This document shows, piece after piece, positions 28,807 through 32,000 of a stretch of DNA of 32,000 nucleotides. The DNA comes from a cyanobacterium endosymbiont of Epithemia turgida isolate EtSB Lake Yunoko (GTDB taxonomy: Bacteria > Cyanobacteriota > Cyanobacteriia > Cyanobacteriales > Microcystaceae). The notes below the pieces were generated by a model. The model had not been told where the DNA came from. It searched no databases and saw only the letters and a list, made by a program, of their open reading frames with translations. Numbering within the stretch: position 1 is the stretch's first letter; each line of letters opens with the position of its first letter. The translations under genes and the position numbers were made by a program. Location of the stretch: the NCBI RefSeq assembly GCF_000829235.1, contig NZ_AP012549.1:1650001-1682000 (forward strand), read 5' to 3'.

Positions 28807-29139
28807 TTATGAAGCAAGTTTTAAAGCTTCAAAATAGAGACTATAAACAAAGCCAATTTTAAAGATATTTAAAATTTCAAGCCATAGTTTTTTTTTTAAC
28901 TGTTGTATCTGACTATAAGCAACACGACTAATAGTTTCTGTAAATAAAATTAGAAACCCGGCAATTGTAATATCCCAATAGGCTTCTTGTCCTGCAGTTG
29001 TAGACACAGCTTGACCAATAAAAAACCCTAATAACAGACTCATTAAACTTAAAGAAATGCGCCTCCAAGGATTAGTAAATAGTTGATTAAGACGGATTTG
29101 AATATTATCAAACAGAGTATTTAATCGAGTTTTTTGCAT
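28807..29139 (-). CDS. Ycf20-like (DUF565) small membrane protein
   Basis: 110-aa ORF. NPWRRISLSLMSLLLGFFIGQAVSTTAGQ...D is followed by a second TM helix, the typical Ycf20 pattern. Confidence 0.6.
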   Translation of the reverse strand: MQKTRLNTLFDNIQIRLNQLFTNPWRRISLSLMSLLLGFFIGQAVSTTAGQEAYWDITIAGFLILFTETISRVAYSQIQQLKKKLWLEILNIFKIGFVYSLYFEALKLAS

Positions 29140-29290
29140 AGTGGATAATTAAGTAGATACTCATAATTCATTGGACATATTGGACAAAAACCATAATATG
29201 GGCAATAATTACCATTTTGATAGATATTGCCCACCCGATAATTAGTTTTATTTAGATACCAAGAAAAATACCCTCACCCTTCCTGAAGTA

Positions 29291-29857
29291 CTATTTGGTA
29301 ATACGATTGAGTAACCACAAAGAGATACCAATTCCGATAAAATGAGCGGTGACTGCTGTTGAATTAGCTTGAATACTAAAAATATCTGCCGCTACTACCA
29401 AACATCCTGCGCCTCCTCTTACTGCCCCAGTCTGTCTCACGGATTTCAATAAAACATTACCGACAACAGATTGAGTGCCAACTAACGACAATAGCATTCC
29501 GATCAGGTTAATAATCAACCCCCACCGAATCACTTGGACGGTATCGGTTCGTTTGGGACGACGGGTTGGATCGGAACTCTGCAGGAGATTAGCAATTTTG
29601 GTATGACGAAAAGAAAAATAAATGCTAATGCCAAGGACCACTAGTCCACAAATAGCAAAAAATATACCAAACCCCGTGCCTGGGTTTTTTTCCCCTTCCC
29701 CTAATGAACCGGTTCCAAGGGCTAACAGAGAGATAATACCGAGGACAATTTGCATCCAAAAGCTACGCCATCCCCACCATTTTAAAGTTAAGGAAGCTTC
29801 TAACATAGCCTCAGGTAAGGGACGGCTAATTGCTGGGTTTTCGCGGTTGTCGTTCAT
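29291..29857 (-). CDS. DUF3611-like four-TM membrane protein (family that includes plastid Tic21/PIC1)
   Basis: 188-aa ORF with LKWWGWRSFWMQIVLGIISLL and three further hydrophobic helices. The family assignment is from memory of the pattern, not from a search. Confidence 0.45.
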   Translation of the reverse strand: MNDNRENPAISRPLPEAMLEASLTLKWWGWRSFWMQIVLGIISLLALGTGSLGEGEKNPGTGFGIFFAICGLVVLGISIYFSFRHTKIANLLQSSDPTRRPKRTDTVQVIRWGLIINLIGMLLSLVGTQSVVGNVLLKSVRQTGAVRGGAGCLVVAADIFSIQANSTAVTAHFIGIGISLWLLNRITK

Positions 29858-29922
29858 GGGACGGTTATCATTTTTTTAAGGCAGTGCTGACTCAAAAGGA
29901 AGAAGAGGACAGAGGAGAAATT

Positions 29923-30801
29923 TTATTTTTTAGGGGAGAAAAACAATATTGGAAACCAACTACGGCGAAGAACCTCGTTAGCTAAACTGGGATTTGTCCA
30001 TTCTAAGATAGTGTTGCGATAATCGGAAGCGATGGCGATCGCGCTAATGTCAAAGTTTAAGGCAGTATCGAGGATTTCTACTAAGGGGTTTCCTTGAGTA
30101 ACCTTAGTTTTGACGGTTACATTTAGTTCTTCCAATTCTGCTTTAACGCTGTTTAGTTTCTCCTGAGCTTCTCTGTAGTGATATTTTGTAATTTCTTCCG
30201 TGCGTTCCCCATCATCAATCACCCATAGTAGTAAGCATTGTTCACAAGAGTTGTCAGGATAGTCTTTCAGGTGATTTTTAATTTTTCCAAGCAAATATTC
30301 CCCAGATCGCTTTCCATTGTAAGGAATCAGCAAGTAACGCCACATATGCTGACAACGTAGGGCTAATTCTTCATCAGTGTAAGTGGAGATTAACTGAGGA
30401 CGCAAAATCATTAAAGGTGTTGAGGTTGATTTGACTAACTCTAGAGTGTGACTCCCAAAAATTTTTGTTTCTATGGCACTGCGGATGGGCATCCCTGTGA
30501 GCACAATATCGATGTTATAGGTGTCAATTAATCGCAAAATTACATCTTTAGTTTGTCCTGAGAGAACTTCAACTTTAACTTCTACACCCTCAGGAATTTC
30601 TTCTAAGGAGGGTGAGAGAAGTTCTTTTGCCTTAGCAATTTCGTCTTCGTCAACCCCGACAACTTTTTCAGATTGCCAAACCGAGATACTGTGTAAAAAT
30701 ACGATACGTTTGATTCCGTTACTAGCTAGAGGGGAGATGAAGTTAACTAGGCGATGTAAGCCGTCAGTGAAGTCAGTACAAATTAAATAGTTATGGAACA
30801 T
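29923..30801 (-). CDS. Tandem universal stress protein (UspA-family) domain protein
   Basis: 292-aa ORF with two alpha/beta Usp-like halves. The first is NYLICTDFTDGLHRL...IVFLHS...DIVLTGMP...GSHTLELVKSTSTPLMIL. The second is YLLIPYNGK...AIAIASDY. Confidence 0.55.
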   Translation of the reverse strand: MFHNYLICTDFTDGLHRLVNFISPLASNGIKRIVFLHSISVWQSEKVVGVDEDEIAKAKELLSPSLEEIPEGVEVKVEVLSGQTKDVILRLIDTYNIDIVLTGMPIRSAIETKIFGSHTLELVKSTSTPLMILRPQLISTYTDEELALRCQHMWRYLLIPYNGKRSGEYLLGKIKNHLKDYPDNSCEQCLLLWVIDDGERTEEITKYHYREAQEKLNSVKAELEELNVTVKTKVTQGNPLVEILDTALNFDISAIAIASDYRNTILEWTNPSLANEVLRRSWFPILFFSPKK

Positions 30802-31370
30802 AAGGAAAGGTCTTCATTTTCAAGCAAACCACTCGAAACTACTATAGCAAGAATAAATAGTTATACTGCTGTTATGAACATTAAAGTTCAAGCAAACAAA
30901 CACACGAACGGTAATCCAGAATCTAGATACTTTCCTAAAGAGGAAATGTACATAGAAAACTATATACATTTTTTCTAAAATACCTAAAGAGAGCTTTTGA
31001 AAATTTTCCCTATGAAAACTTATCAAAATTATTTTTAGATTATCATCCCTATGATAATTAATTGAATCTTAAAATTAAATTAGTTGTTGACTTGATTATT
31101 TTTTTATGTTCAATAATTCCTTGACAAAATCACAAAGTAAATAAAATATTAGAAATACTCAAAAAAAAATTTACCCTACCATATAATCAACTAATCTTAG
31201 CAGATATCTCCCTATATTTGATTATAGTATAAATTTCAGCCCGAATGGTTACAGCTATAAATATTCAAAGTAGATAAAAGCTAATAAAAGTTAACTTCTG
31301 TGTTTTTTTATAACGAGTAAGAAACCACAAAAACCCTAAATGAAGGAATAACAAAATAACAAATAAGCTA

Positions 31371-31417
31371 TTAATGATCATCAATTAATGATCATCAATT
31401 AATGATCATTAATTAAT
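31371..31417. repeat. Tandem 14-bp repeat (3.3 copies) of a near-palindromic unit containing GATC
   Basis: TTAATGATCATCAA (31371-31384), TTAATGATCATCAA (31385-31398), TTAATGATCATTAA (31399-31412, a perfect palindrome), then TTAAT. This gives three TGATCA cores spaced exactly 14 bp apart. Confidence 0.9.
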
Positions 31418-31582
31418 AACATCTTAACAAGAAGAACACCAAATCCACCAAGCAGCACTAGAGAAAGGACAATTCCCAACAACTGGACTGCTTGTAAAGT
31501 GACTAATAAGCTTGAAAATGGGGGATTTTTAATAAAATTCTAAGTAAATGTGTTCATGAATTTTAGAATCAATGATTGATAA

Positions 31583-32000
31583 TTATTTTTTCTCTAGCCA
31601 ATTAATGACTTTTTTTCCTAAATTAGTTTCATCCAGACGATCAATCTCTCTAATACCAGTGGGACTGGTAACGTTAACTTCTGTTAAATAACCACCAATA
31701 ACATCAATTCCAACAAAATACAAACCGTTTTGTCGTAATTTTGGACCTATAACCTCACAAATTTCTAATTCTTTGGAGGTAACTTGTGTTTTTTCACTTC
31801 TTCCACCAACAGCCATATTTCCCCGAAATTCTTTACCTGTCGGGATTCGATTAACTGCTCCAATAGGTTGGCCATCAAGGAGAATAATTCGTTTATCCCC
31901 ATCCTTTGCTTCGGGAATAAAACGCTGTACCATCACAGCTTCCTGCCCATAAAAAGTACTGACTTCAATTAGAGAATTAAAATTGCGATCACTAGAATCT
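31583..32000 (-). CDS. gshB: Glutathione synthetase, C-terminal ATP-grasp part (5' end beyond the window)
   Basis: VMVQRFIPEAKDGDKRIILLDGQPIGAVNRIPTGKEFRGNMAVGGR...FVGIDVIGGYLTEVNVTSPTGIREI closely parallels bacterial GshB. The frame stays open upstream of the track start to the window edge (...DSSDRNFNSLIEVSTFYGQEAV...). Confidence 0.9.
   Translation of the reverse strand, partial: DSSDRNFNSLIEVSTFYGQEAVMVQRFIPEAKDGDKRIILLDGQPIGAVNRIPTGKEFRGNMAVGGRSEKTQVTSKELEICEVIGPKLRQNGLYFVGIDVIGGYLTEVNVTSPTGIREIDRLDETNLGKKVINWLEKK

Noticed and set aside
30035-30042. Single HIP1 octamer GCGATCGC inside the usp gene.
   Set aside because: One copy in 32 kb has no structural meaning. It only shows that this genome is not HIP1-rich.
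30793-31026. Overlapping 61-aa (+) and 68-aa (-) track ORFs next to the usp start, and a start-less TM-like frame (…QLLGIVLSLVLLGGFGVLLVKMLLINDH*) reading into the 14-bp repeat on the minus strand.
   Set aside because: The two track ORFs overlap each other and look random. The TM-like frame has no usable start codon after its upstream stop.

Overview
This is a cyanobacterial chromosomal window made mostly of housekeeping genes. They are a monocistronic groEL with a perfect CIRCE operator, a HlyD-type adaptor plus MacB/FtsX-type permease pair, an intein-containing dnaB, tal, ssb, hupSL uptake hydrogenase, rsmA(ksgA), aroE, rimM, a Tab2/DUF1092-like gene, an Ap4A-phosphorylase-like gene, a ycf20-like gene, a DUF3611-like gene, a tandem-Usp gene and the 3' part of gshB. 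Summing my feature coordinates, only about 20 kb of 32 kb (~63%) belongs to intact or nearly intact genes. The rest is very AT-rich spacer. Parts of that spacer still read as gene fossils (a Ser/Thr kinase N-terminus and a DedA-family gene) that have several in-frame stops but no frameshifts. One large gene (NTP-transferase/hexapeptide/PMM-like fusion) is split by a 1-nt frameshift in a C7 homopolymer. I found no CRISPR array, tRNA, rRNA or transposase, and no convincing novel multi-gene system. The most interesting unexplained structure is a hairpin-dense ~340-bp block between hupS and rsmA. It contains a perfect 24-bp inverted repeat and a terminator-like hairpin that only works on the + strand. 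Other notable sites are a TGT-N10-ACA palindrome with a correctly spaced -10 box upstream of hupS, and a 3x tandem palindromic 14-mer carrying GATC sites. The composition, low coding density, hupSL and the DnaB intein are reminiscent of a Trichodesmium-like marine diazotroph, but that is inference I cannot verify here.
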